Below, in pieces: positions 1-8,542 of a stretch of DNA of 64,000 nt. Location: IMG/VR virus record IMGVR_UViG_3300021399_000146; one strand, 5' to 3'. Numbering within the stretch: position 1 is the first letter of the stretch; each line of letters begins with the position of its first letter. The notes under the pieces were generated by a model. That model was not told the DNA's origin. It worked only from the letters and a program-made list of their open reading frames with translations, and ran no database searches. The position numbers and the translations under genes were made by a program. This DNA comes from an uncultured virus (IMG/VR IMGVR_UViG_3300021399_000146). Lineage: Duplodnaviria > Heunggongvirae > Uroviricota > Caudoviricetes.

Positions 1-11
1 AAAAAAAAAAA

Positions 12-37
12 AAACGACTGAAATGTTTCAGTCGTTT
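12..37 (-). terminator. Intrinsic terminator
   Basis: Perfect inverted repeat AAACGACTGAA/TTCAGTCGTTT followed on the minus strand by a long T run, just after the stop of ORF 45..950. Confidence 0.75.
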
Positions 38-44
38 ATGTAAT

Positions 45-950
45 TTAAAATAAACCAGTGTCATCATCCTGAGCAAAATCCATTGCTTCGGATGCATTTC
101 TATCGACGATAGATTGCCAATCATGCTGTATTAATAAATTTGCATAAGCATTATGATCTGGAATACCAGCACCTGCTCGATACATCAGTAATTCACGCAT
201 CTGATCATCTGAATAGTTACCCGGTGGTAGCTGATCATTCGGAAACAGTAACGTATATAAGAGCATTAAGTCTTCCAAACCCATTCCCAGTAGATGTTCT
301 CTTATATTCGATAACGAGTGGAATTGTTCAGATTGACTGACAGCCTGATTAAATTCAAACACCATCTGATGTTTTCTTATTTTTTCGGCAGTTGATATGT
401 TTTCTTTAACACCATTATATTGTATCATTCCTCTGCATGTTGGTCTGAATGCCGGATCAATGAATATGATATCAACACCAAATACCATTGACAAATATTG
501 ACATATGATATGACCAAATCTCAAAGTATTGTCATCATCTTCCAATATGGCTATCTGAAGACCATTACCTTCAAGCCTGTCAGCAAATAGAAATTTATAA
601 GCACCTCTTATTGTAGAATCTTTGTTTAGATAATGAACAAATCTCTCTTCGCCACAAGTAAACCCATCATTTTCACCCATGACAGCATCGGCACTCAGTG
701 GTTCTGGATCAATTATTGTGTTATAACGAATATGATATATCGATCCCATCGGCATGGTTGTTCCTGTGAGAAAAGAACCATTCACGTTTTCCAACTGACC
801 GAACTCATTCCGTCGTATGTCTTCATTAATCATTGCTGTACTATTACCGGCTTTTCTGTCCAATATGTAATAATTAGCATTCAATATTGTTTCCGGATTA
901 TTCCTTTGAATAAACTTATTCAGAAAACATCTTTTGCTTGTGAAGATCAT
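45..950 (-). CDS. Hypothetical protein (301 aa)
   Basis: Long ORF, AAAGGAG SD and AT-rich promoter-like motif upstream; no recognisable motif. Confidence 0.8.
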   Translation of the reverse strand: MIFTSKRCFLNKFIQRNNPETILNANYYILDRKAGNSTAMINEDIRRNEFGQLENVNGSFLTGTTMPMGSIYHIRYNTIIDPEPLSADAVMGENDGFTCGEERFVHYLNKDSTIRGAYKFLFADRLEGNGLQIAILEDDDNTLRFGHIICQYLSMVFGVDIIFIDPAFRPTCRGMIQYNGVKENISTAEKIRKHQMVFEFNQAVSQSEQFHSLSNIREHLLGMGLEDLMLLYTLLFPNDQLPPGNYSDDQMRELLMYRAGAGIPDHNAYANLLIQHDWQSIVDRNASEAMDFAQDDDTGLF

Positions 951-994
951 ATGATCACTCCTTTCACAAGAATTATATATGTATATAAAATAAA

Positions 995-1018
995 AATCCG
1001 GGGAATATTCCCCGGATT
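995..1018. terminator. GC-rich hairpin terminator (member of a window-wide GGGG/CCCC hairpin family)
   Basis: AATCCGGGGAA-TA-TTCCCCGGATT immediately after the stop of 1023..1937; similar hairpins near 2164, 3223, 5322, 10099, 13714, 17161, 33283, 37249, 44331, 46723, 50678, 52429, 58003. Confidence 0.75.
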
Positions 1019-1022
1019 ATAA

Positions 1023-1937
1023 TTATTTGTCTGATGGTATTTGATGTTGATGGTATAGTGTCCATAAACCACATACACAATTCCAAATACATGAAATGTA
1101 ATGGGGTTCGTCAGTAAGGCCTATGAGATATTGTGTAAGGTGCCTCATTGCAGAGTCCATAAATGATCCACCACGGTCACCGCCTGTAACAGGAATACCT
1201 TTCTTCCAGTTATCGACACCATACTTCTCTGCACCATTCTCATAGTGTATAGCCAGATCCTTTAACATATGAGAGAAACCATTCGTGAATGATGTGAATG
1301 TTACTTCATTTGCAGTAAGACCCATATCGTTTTCTACTATATCACTCGGTGCATAATGATCGATTATAACGTTTATGATTGTACGCACAAATCGGTCTTC
1401 TGGATCACCACGATATGCATCTTCAACAACGTCGGCTTTTGATACAATTCTAACGGCTTTCTCTTCAAACATATCATTTGCATGAGAGATAATGTCTGCG
1501 ATAACATCACCAGGAATGAGATCATATCTACCTTTTCCCGTCTTAGTGTAACGAATAGCACCGCTTTCAAACTGTGCTTTATCACCATCCATCTTAAGAT
1601 AGTTTGTCGAACCATCTGTATCGTTGACTTCATCACATGGTGATTCATACTGTTTCTTTGTGGGTTTAAAAGACACCATGAAGCTCTCTTTATCAAATTC
1701 GATAAAATTCTCACCAAGATGTTCATCGGCTGTGCCACGTTTGAAGAGTTGTTTACATATAACTTTTTCTGAAGCAGGCTTAAAGTATTTTATCACAACT
1801 GCTCCTTTTACACCAGGTATAGCAGGTTCCCATATTTGATTCATAGTAAACCATTTATCTACAGACTCATAGCTGTTCAGATCATTTTGTGTACTCATTT
1901 TGTTTCTTCCTTTCAAATTTAAGATATTCCGTTTCAT
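1023..1937 (-). CDS. dATP/dGTP diphosphohydrolase-domain (DUF5664-like) protein
   Basis: Motifs FESGAIR..GKGRYDLIP, HYENGAEKYGVDNWKKGIP, SFMDSAMRHL..DEPH; true start may be MSTQN at ~1898. Confidence 0.8.
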   Translation of the reverse strand: MKRNILNLKGRNKMSTQNDLNSYESVDKWFTMNQIWEPAIPGVKGAVVIKYFKPASEKVICKQLFKRGTADEHLGENFIEFDKESFMVSFKPTKKQYESPCDEVNDTDGSTNYLKMDGDKAQFESGAIRYTKTGKGRYDLIPGDVIADIISHANDMFEEKAVRIVSKADVVEDAYRGDPEDRFVRTIINVIIDHYAPSDIVENDMGLTANEVTFTSFTNGFSHMLKDLAIHYENGAEKYGVDNWKKGIPVTGGDRGGSFMDSAMRHLTQYLIGLTDEPHYISCIWNCVCGLWTLYHQHQIPSDK

Positions 1938-2142
1938 ACATTGATGATGTTTCCTCTATATCAGGATACATCTTCATTGTATCTCGGATTACACTTATTA
2001 GTTTAGCTGAAAGTGTTCTTATATCAAAAGAGACAGATGGTATTTTGTTATCCATCAATGCGTTAGCACAAGTACACACGAAGTCTTCGCATTCAGCCTT
2101 TTTATAATCTACCGGAATTAATATGTCCATACAATAGCTCAT
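1882..2142 (-). CDS. Hypothetical protein (86 aa)
   Basis: GGAGG SD upstream, in-strand with neighbours. Confidence 0.65.
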   Translation of the reverse strand: MSYCMDILIPVDYKKAECEDFVCTCANALMDNKIPSVSFDIRTLSAKLISVIRDTMKMYPDIEETSSMYETEYLKFERKKQNEYTK

Positions 2143-2191
2143 TATATACCTCCAAAAAATTAAGGGGAGGTATGAAACCTCCCCTACTTGA

Positions 2192-3205
2192 TTAGTCCTT
2201 GTCTTCTTTGTCTACACTTTTATTTTCTTCTGTTAATGAAACAGGATTGTCATTGATCTTAACACCTGTTGAAGGATAATCGAGTATTGCCTTCAATGAT
2301 GCGTTCTTTAACTGACCAGGTTCGGCAGGACCTGGGGTACCAGATATACTTTTATAGACCATATCTGTGAATTCTTCCTGCTTTTTCTCAGTCTGAACAT
2401 CATCCTTTGATGGTATTCCTTCTGCAGAAAGAACAACCCCTGTCTTTTTGAATCCTGGTTCAGGAGCTGCGGATATTCCATAGAAAGATGATAATTCTGC
2501 TTTCATATTGTTTGGTTTATTATTCCATAAAGAACTGCTGAATGAAGGCTTTTTCTCTCCTATCTTTTCTGGAAAGGGAAATCCTGTATTTCTAAAGAGC
2601 GATGGTGTCTTCTCATCACTACTCTGTTCGTCAGGTTCGTTGGGTCCCTTCTGAACTTCATCATTGCTTGATGAGGCAGAATAATCACCCCAGTTCATGG
2701 GACCCATCTGTCTGCGAGATATATCACTAGGTGTCTCTCCCGTCCATTCTTTAGGTATCTCCATAGGAACAGGAGCACCATACAGTGGCTGAACATAGGA
2801 AGAGTAAGGATTGTTCCATACAGGAGGCTGCTGTGGCATTGACTGCCCGAAGAAAGGATCAAAAGCCGCGGTCTTACACTTATCTCTGAATTTCTCCAAC
2901 AGAGATATGAGTCTGTCAAGATCACCTATTGTTATACTATGCAGTCTGCAACGACTGATGAATGACAGTTCTTCATATGTAAATTCTCTCTCGAGAATTG
3001 TTTTACCAATTGAACCAAATGGCTGAGGAACAATGTAGCCTGCATATGTCGTATTATCAAGCAGACCTCCATTGGTGTATATGTCGTTGTTCATTGCTTC
3101 CTGAACAGCACGGCTATGGTTGTACCATACAGCCTCTGCCTCTGTCGAACCTAATGGTCTTATGTCATTATTTGTATTATTATTCACCATTTCAAATACC
3201 TCCAT
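2192..3205 (-). CDS. Hypothetical protein, largely disordered P/S/Q-rich, with SRRQM motif
   Basis: Long ORF; low-complexity central and C-terminal region. Confidence 0.75.
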   Translation of the reverse strand: MEVFEMVNNNTNNDIRPLGSTEAEAVWYNHSRAVQEAMNNDIYTNGGLLDNTTYAGYIVPQPFGSIGKTILEREFTYEELSFISRCRLHSITIGDLDRLISLLEKFRDKCKTAAFDPFFGQSMPQQPPVWNNPYSSYVQPLYGAPVPMEIPKEWTGETPSDISRRQMGPMNWGDYSASSSNDEVQKGPNEPDEQSSDEKTPSLFRNTGFPFPEKIGEKKPSFSSSLWNNKPNNMKAELSSFYGISAAPEPGFKKTGVVLSAEGIPSKDDVQTEKKQEEFTDMVYKSISGTPGPAEPGQLKNASLKAILDYPSTGVKINDNPVSLTEENKSVDKEDKD

Positions 3206-3253
3206 AATTGATATAAATAAATATTACCCGGGGATATCCCCGGGTAATTATAT

Positions 3254-3757
3254 TCATCCTTCAGAAACGATGTCCGCTTCTACATGTGGAATGTTCTCGT
3301 TGATAATAGCAGTATCAACCGTTAACGGTTCGCTGCTTTCCTGTTCTTTCGGCATACGATTCATATCGATTACATCGATCATGCCTTTTGTGCAAAGATC
3401 AAACCATGCACGTATCTTGGCTTTGAGTTCAGGATCACGTATAAGATAGAATGTTTCTTCAACCTTACCATCATACTGATAGTATGCTTTTGCTATGGGT
3501 TTATCAGCGCCAACTACTATTGCAGTTGACCATGCCGCAAAAGCATTCAAATCTCTGTTGGCAATGAGAACAATATCACCGATTTCACTCGGTATTACTG
3601 CTTCAAAGGTATGGTTTCTTGCATTGAAAGCGAACTCTTTACCAAATACCGATTCACCCGATGATACTATTCCATCGAGTATATCATGAACGATATTGGT
3701 ATAGATAACACTTACCCTTTTGAGTTCGTCCAATGCCATCTTCGACATCTGTGACAT
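3254..3757 (-). CDS. Hypothetical protein (167 aa)
   Basis: GGAGG SD, terminator hairpin at 3223..3248 downstream. Confidence 0.75.
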   Translation of the reverse strand: MSQMSKMALDELKRVSVIYTNIVHDILDGIVSSGESVFGKEFAFNARNHTFEAVIPSEIGDIVLIANRDLNAFAAWSTAIVVGADKPIAKAYYQYDGKVEETFYLIRDPELKAKIRAWFDLCTKGMIDVIDMNRMPKEQESSEPLTVDTAIINENIPHVEADIVSEG

Positions 3758-3776
3758 ATTATTTACCTCCGTTTAT

Positions 3777-4349
3777 TTATATCATGTCTTTTACACTCTT
3801 GAGTGTTATACCAAGAGTGTCTATAATATCTTTACGTTCTTTGAGATCATCTACACAAACGTAGATACCGGTTTTATTTTCACCAGTTGCCATAGGATCT
3901 TTGTTTATAATAACATTGTTACCAACATAGTCTTCCTTACCCCTAAATGCTTCATGGAATTTGTTGGCAATCTTGTCATTATTTTCAGATCCAATGATCT
4001 CGATATTGATCACGGGTCCATTATATTCACCGAACATAATACTTTCCTCCCTTCTTAATTTGTCTATGGCGGACTGTACAGAGCCTTCTCCGTTGGACTG
4101 ATCGTATAACCATGGATCTATCTCATCATCAGTTATATCACACTTAATGAGATGACCGTATACATAATTAAAATTCAGTCTGTGATTACCCTGTATGCGT
4201 TGATTGATACAATGTTGTGCTTCAGCTATAGTGAATCCTTTATCACTCAAGCCCAAGGTTCCTATGACGGATAACCCGTGTACTTTTGAATGATCCCAAA
4301 GTGCTTTTAACACTTTGGCTTTATCGAGACCTGTGATATCTACCACCAT
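3777..4349 (-). CDS. Conserved phage hypothetical protein
   Basis: N-terminal pattern DITGLDKAKVLKALW...FNYVYGHLIKCD...DPWLYD.SNGEGS resembles a small uncharacterised phage family; GGAGG SD. Confidence 0.7.
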   Translation of the reverse strand: MVVDITGLDKAKVLKALWDHSKVHGLSVIGTLGLSDKGFTIAEAQHCINQRIQGNHRLNFNYVYGHLIKCDITDDEIDPWLYDQSNGEGSVQSAIDKLRREESIMFGEYNGPVINIEIIGSENNDKIANKFHEAFRGKEDYVGNNVIINKDPMATGENKTGIYVCVDDLKERKDIIDTLGITLKSVKDMI

Positions 4350-4465
4350 GATGTTTTACCTCCAGAATGTATTTATTTATAACATATCCCCATTATCCAA
4401 ATTTATTACTACCACCAAACTACCATAATATTTTTATGTTTATATCACCCCCTTGAACATTGGGC

Positions 4466-5156
4466 GTTGAGTTGACCAGACTCAACCGGTACCTTCCTCT
4501 CTCAGCCGAACAGAACCTCGACTTGATGGAGCCGTTACTTTACCTCACAGCACATAACTCTGCGAAACCAGGACTAGACACCGACAAATGCAACCTAACT
4601 TAACATAGCCTGTACCGTCTTCACTCTACCTTGCTTATCCCCACCGTGGCTTAGCAAGTCCTAACCGCTGTGTAACATGAGCTCACACAATCTGACCGGA
4701 CCGACACGCGACGAAACTGCATGCTGCGAAGCTGTACCAGAGCGGCATATAACCATAACCAATCGCTACGTTATATGGCCAGGCCATACCAATACTAAAC
4801 GTCCCAATCTAAACGTCACAACGCCACTGCTGAACATAACCTCTCTTCACCTCGCCCTGACTCGACACCACACCACTGTACTTTACCCACGCTTGGCCTA
4901 ATGCAACGCAACTGGACTCGACAGTACCATTACCACATAGCACAAATCAGTACGTAACCATACCTCAAATATACATGACATTGCACAACCTGAACAAGAC
5001 GCGGCACTGAGCGACGAGACCTGATCACACCGTCACGATACAAAATCACGCATCGCAAGACCAGAACATAACCGGACCTAACCAACACCACTGAACGCCG
5101 CTATCCTTGCCTAACCTGTACTTTACGTCTCACGTCGGGTTGACAGACCCGGAGAC
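4466..5156 (-). repeat. Degenerate pentanucleotide-periodic array (NNN-RC on +, GY-NNN on -) bounded by two related hairpins; candidate ncRNA/guide array
   Basis: E.g. tttac ctcac agcac ataac tctgc gaaac; tcgac accac accac tgtac tttac; markedly C/A-skewed and more GC-rich than the flanks; no credible ORF; strand inferred from flanking genes. Confidence 0.75.
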
Positions 5157-5347
5157 AACGCGTGGTTTAACGTTCCACGAGAACGTCTATTGTCATTGAC
5201 ATTAATTACCTTTCACAACATTTCTTTTTACCTCCATTTATTATTTATATGCAATATAAAATGTTTTATTCTTTTATATTGCATATAAATAATATACATG
5301 TGAAAATAATAAAAAATAGAGACGGGGCGTAATGCCCCGTCATGTAA

Positions 5348-6103
5348 TCAATCGATTGATTCAACATCCACATCCGGATCAAATGATTCAATTGATGATA
5401 CACCAGATTCAGCTTCAATCGGGGTAGCCTCAATATCATCACTATCATCGGACGTAAGATACTGTTTTATATATTCATTTGCATGTTTATCAATGCAATC
5501 GAGATCCTCATCTGACATAGATGTGTAAGCTCTTAATACAAAGAGTCCTATCATATCATGAGGGACTTCTGTACACATAATATACAGCCAGAATATAGGA
5601 TTCAACTGATCAGGATAACCGTATGTTTCAGCAGCTACTGCAGCATCATATACTTCAAAAGGAATATTCCACATGAAATTCTGATTCAGTGTTTCAGCAA
5701 GAGGAATATCTTTGAAGTATTTGTCCTGATATTTGAGAAGTAATGATAATACAAATGATATTTGATCATCGTTCAACTCATAATCATCAAAGTTCTTTGG
5801 TGCTGAATTATCTTTCTCAGCCATCTCCTTCATTGTTAACAACATTTGCTGAATGGTGTCATTCAGTGTTGCATCAATTGGTGGGTTCTCGGGAATCACG
5901 GGAATGTTTCTTGCGATGGCATCATTCAGTAATTCACCAAGTTCTTTTTTATCTATCATGGGTGGAATGATTGCTGTTGATTCTTTCAGTTTATCACATG
6001 CCTCATTGATAGCTGATCTGATTTCCTGTTTCATTTCGTCAACAGTGGGTGCAGACGTCTTAGCACCCACTACTGATTTAGATAACAAATCACAATATTT
6101 CAT
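5348..6103 (-). CDS. Hypothetical acidic protein (251 aa)
   Basis: Long ORF, SD, downstream terminator hairpin near 5322. Confidence 0.8.
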   Translation of the reverse strand: MKYCDLLSKSVVGAKTSAPTVDEMKQEIRSAINEACDKLKESTAIIPPMIDKKELGELLNDAIARNIPVIPENPPIDATLNDTIQQMLLTMKEMAEKDNSAPKNFDDYELNDDQISFVLSLLLKYQDKYFKDIPLAETLNQNFMWNIPFEVYDAAVAAETYGYPDQLNPIFWLYIMCTEVPHDMIGLFVLRAYTSMSDEDLDCIDKHANEYIKQYLTSDDSDDIEATPIEAESGVSSIESFDPDVDVESID

Positions 6104-6119
6104 TATAATTCACCTTCCT

Positions 6120-6983
6120 TTACAACCATCCAGGAGTTATTCTACCATGCATATGATCAGTCACATTAGATGCAACTGTATATACATCAGGAAGATCCGG
6201 ATTGTTATCAATCTTCATATATTTCGAATCAACAGGGAACATCTGATATTCCTGTGTCATCTTTAAACCGTTTGTACCCTTAAAGAGTCTTATTCTCTCT
6301 TCTCCAGAGATTCTTGCTCTCAATTCTCTATCTTCGTATACCTTTCCGCATACAGTACATTTATAGCTTGAGAAATCTGAACCTGCAAATGCCATTGTTT
6401 TGTTACCACATATACATTCGAACTGATCCATCGAAGATGGGAATATATATGCATAATCAATACATACTGGTCTATTACCTGGAGCTAATCCCCAGTTTGC
6501 ATAGGTTCTTTCTGTCATACCTACATCACCAAGCAAATATCTTTTACTCCATTCTTGAAGAATTTTTCTTATTGATGAATTGTGTTGCCACATTTCATTT
6601 TGTGAAGTAAAAGCGGGACAGTAGTCGGCCACCAATAGGTGGCCACCACTACTTATCTCGTACGCGTAAGCAACATTTGGCATCAAATCTTCACATATTG
6701 AGAATTCCTGCATGTTATCAGCAACGCCTTCTCGATCGAGAGCGATCTTGAGAGCATAGCCGTCATACTTCACAATGAAACGATTTGTACCAGTGCCGAT
6801 TTCTATATAATCTATATCATACTTTTGTAAGAGTTCAATTACTTTTTCTTTTCTGGAAGTAGCTCTCAATCCCTTCTGGAGAGGGATCTCACCTATTTCA
6901 CATTTGAACTCTAACGGAAGAGAATTGAGACGTGACCGGAATTGACGCTTGTATTCGTCAACGAGGTTTACGTCTTCATTCAT
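6120..6983 (-). CDS. Protein-kinase-fold protein with C-terminal zinc ribbon
   Basis: Gly loop IGTGTNRF, beta3 Lys YALKIA, helix-C Glu (NMQEF), catalytic-loop-like GDVGMTERTYANWG, DFG-equivalent IDYA; CxC...CTVC. Confidence 0.7.
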   Translation of the reverse strand: MNEDVNLVDEYKRQFRSRLNSLPLEFKCEIGEIPLQKGLRATSRKEKVIELLQKYDIDYIEIGTGTNRFIVKYDGYALKIALDREGVADNMQEFSICEDLMPNVAYAYEISSGGHLLVADYCPAFTSQNEMWQHNSSIRKILQEWSKRYLLGDVGMTERTYANWGLAPGNRPVCIDYAYIFPSSMDQFECICGNKTMAFAGSDFSSYKCTVCGKVYEDRELRARISGEERIRLFKGTNGLKMTQEYQMFPVDSKYMKIDNNPDLPDVYTVASNVTDHMHGRITPGWL

Positions 6984-7000
6984 GTTTAATCCTCCTTGGA

Positions 7001-7774
7001 TTAATAATTAGCTGATGCCCAGTTTCTTTCAGCAACATCGTTCCAGTTCTGAGGAACGGCATACTGCTGAACGGGATACTGAGGCATCTGAGGCTGAGGT
7101 GCCTGAAGTGTGAAAGGATTCTGCTGCTGATACTGTCCTCTCCAATCGATATTACTGGGAGACATCAGGGGTCTGTACTTTGTATAGCAGTTATCCCATG
7201 AGTTACTCCTATCGAATGAAGGTACTGATGAAGGATTGTAAAGTGCTGCAGTATTCATGTCAACCTTGAAACCACAACCCATTCCATATGGATCATAGGG
7301 GTTCTGTCCAAAGAACGGACTTAACATTGACTGCTGCGGTGCCTGAGGTGCGGGCATCTGAGCAGGCTGATTCTGAGTAGGAGTTGCCCAGGGATTATTC
7401 TGGGATACCTGAACGGGATTGTTCATATTCCTTCTGGAATCAACCAGAGCATTGAGACCCATAGGCTGTCCATTAGGTGTTGCCGGAGGATATGTGCCGA
7501 AAGGCTGTACCATATTCTCAGGGATCGAACCATTGGTGTTGTTTGCGAACGGATTGGTTGCAGTGGGCATCATGTTGGGCTGAACCTGACCATATGCATT
7601 GAAAGGATTCACAGGATTGAAATTCCTGCGGGAGTTGGCGTCATTCATATATGACATACCACCCATCATTCCAAAGCTCTGGCCATTCCAGAACATGGTG
7701 TTCTGCTGAGGCTGCTGATACGTATGCATCAGGAAGCTTCCGCCATTGTCTGTCGGATAATCGGGATTAAACAT
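7001..7774 (-). CDS. Q/N/P/M-rich prion-like low-complexity protein
   Basis: Almost no charged residues; two SRRN motifs; AAGGAGG SD. Confidence 0.8.
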   Translation of the reverse strand: MFNPDYPTDNGGSFLMHTYQQPQQNTMFWNGQSFGMMGGMSYMNDANSRRNFNPVNPFNAYGQVQPNMMPTATNPFANNTNGSIPENMVQPFGTYPPATPNGQPMGLNALVDSRRNMNNPVQVSQNNPWATPTQNQPAQMPAPQAPQQSMLSPFFGQNPYDPYGMGCGFKVDMNTAALYNPSSVPSFDRSNSWDNCYTKYRPLMSPSNIDWRGQYQQQNPFTLQAPQPQMPQYPVQQYAVPQNWNDVAERNWASANY

Positions 7775-7802
7775 ATTGAGTTCCTCCTTGGTTATAATTA
7801 GA

Positions 7803-8450
7803 TTAATGATACAATGAAGATATCAGCTGTGCAAGTACAGAAAGATCTTCAAAGTAAAGACTTGTGTTACCGTTGTCTTTGGACTTGAGATCCCAACGGG
7901 TTCTGAGGCACATGAACATATCATTGATTCTCTGGATCTGTCCAATGCTACAAAGAATGTTGTTTGTTGGTATGAGATATGCCATATAACTCTTCGGGAT
8001 TGTTACACCCTGCAGAGATCTCTCTACTTCAGTTACAGGACATCTACCTGATACACAAACATCGAAGATTCCATCGCATACAATTCCGAAATAATTTTCG
8101 AATGTACGCAGTACATCAAACAGATTGTTCAATGCTGTTGCTACCTGTGATCTCGGTACGGGAAGTGTGATGACCCAAAGTCCATCAGGCTTTGTATTAT
8201 TTGTTTCTCTAACAATGACTCCCTTACTTCTAAGGAAACCAAGCTGAGAATCAATATACGCCATACGATCTCTGGGGTTTACTGACATGGCCATTGTATC
8301 TGTACACAATACTTTGAAACCTACGAAAGGTTCACTCTGAATTGCATACTGTGGATACACAGCCTTGATGATTGATGAATAATCGACAGGTTCTTCAGGT
8401 GCCAGTACATGTGACTGATACTGCTGAACAAGCATGCTGTTCATATTCAT
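7803..8450 (-). CDS. Hypothetical protein (215 aa)
   Basis: AAGGAGG SD; first gene after the promoter-like motif at ~8518-8535. Confidence 0.8.
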   Translation of the reverse strand: MNMNSMLVQQYQSHVLAPEEPVDYSSIIKAVYPQYAIQSEPFVGFKVLCTDTMAMSVNPRDRMAYIDSQLGFLRSKGVIVRETNNTKPDGLWVITLPVPRSQVATALNNLFDVLRTFENYFGIVCDGIFDVCVSGRCPVTEVERSLQGVTIPKSYMAYLIPTNNILCSIGQIQRINDMFMCLRTRWDLKSKDNGNTSLYFEDLSVLAQLISSLYH

Positions 8451-8542
8451 ACTGAATCCTCCTTTTTATTATTTGTATTTTGGAAGAAGTATACTGATGT
8501 GTACTTCTATCCCAAGAATTATATATGTATTTAAATTATAAA

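Noticed and set aside
1..14. Poly-A run at the window start
   Set aside because: Consistent with the U-tail of the adjacent minus-strand terminator or a homopolymer at the window edge; no further inference is possible.
4677..4901. 74-aa + strand ORF inside the periodic tract
   Set aside because: T/H/R/L/P-rich composition is a by-product of the 5-nt periodic C/A-rich sequence; no SD; opposite to local gene orientation.
4490..5130. CRISPR array or simple microsatellite interpretation of the periodic tract
   Set aside because: No conserved 25-40 nt direct repeat, no identical tandem unit, and no cas genes recognised in the window.
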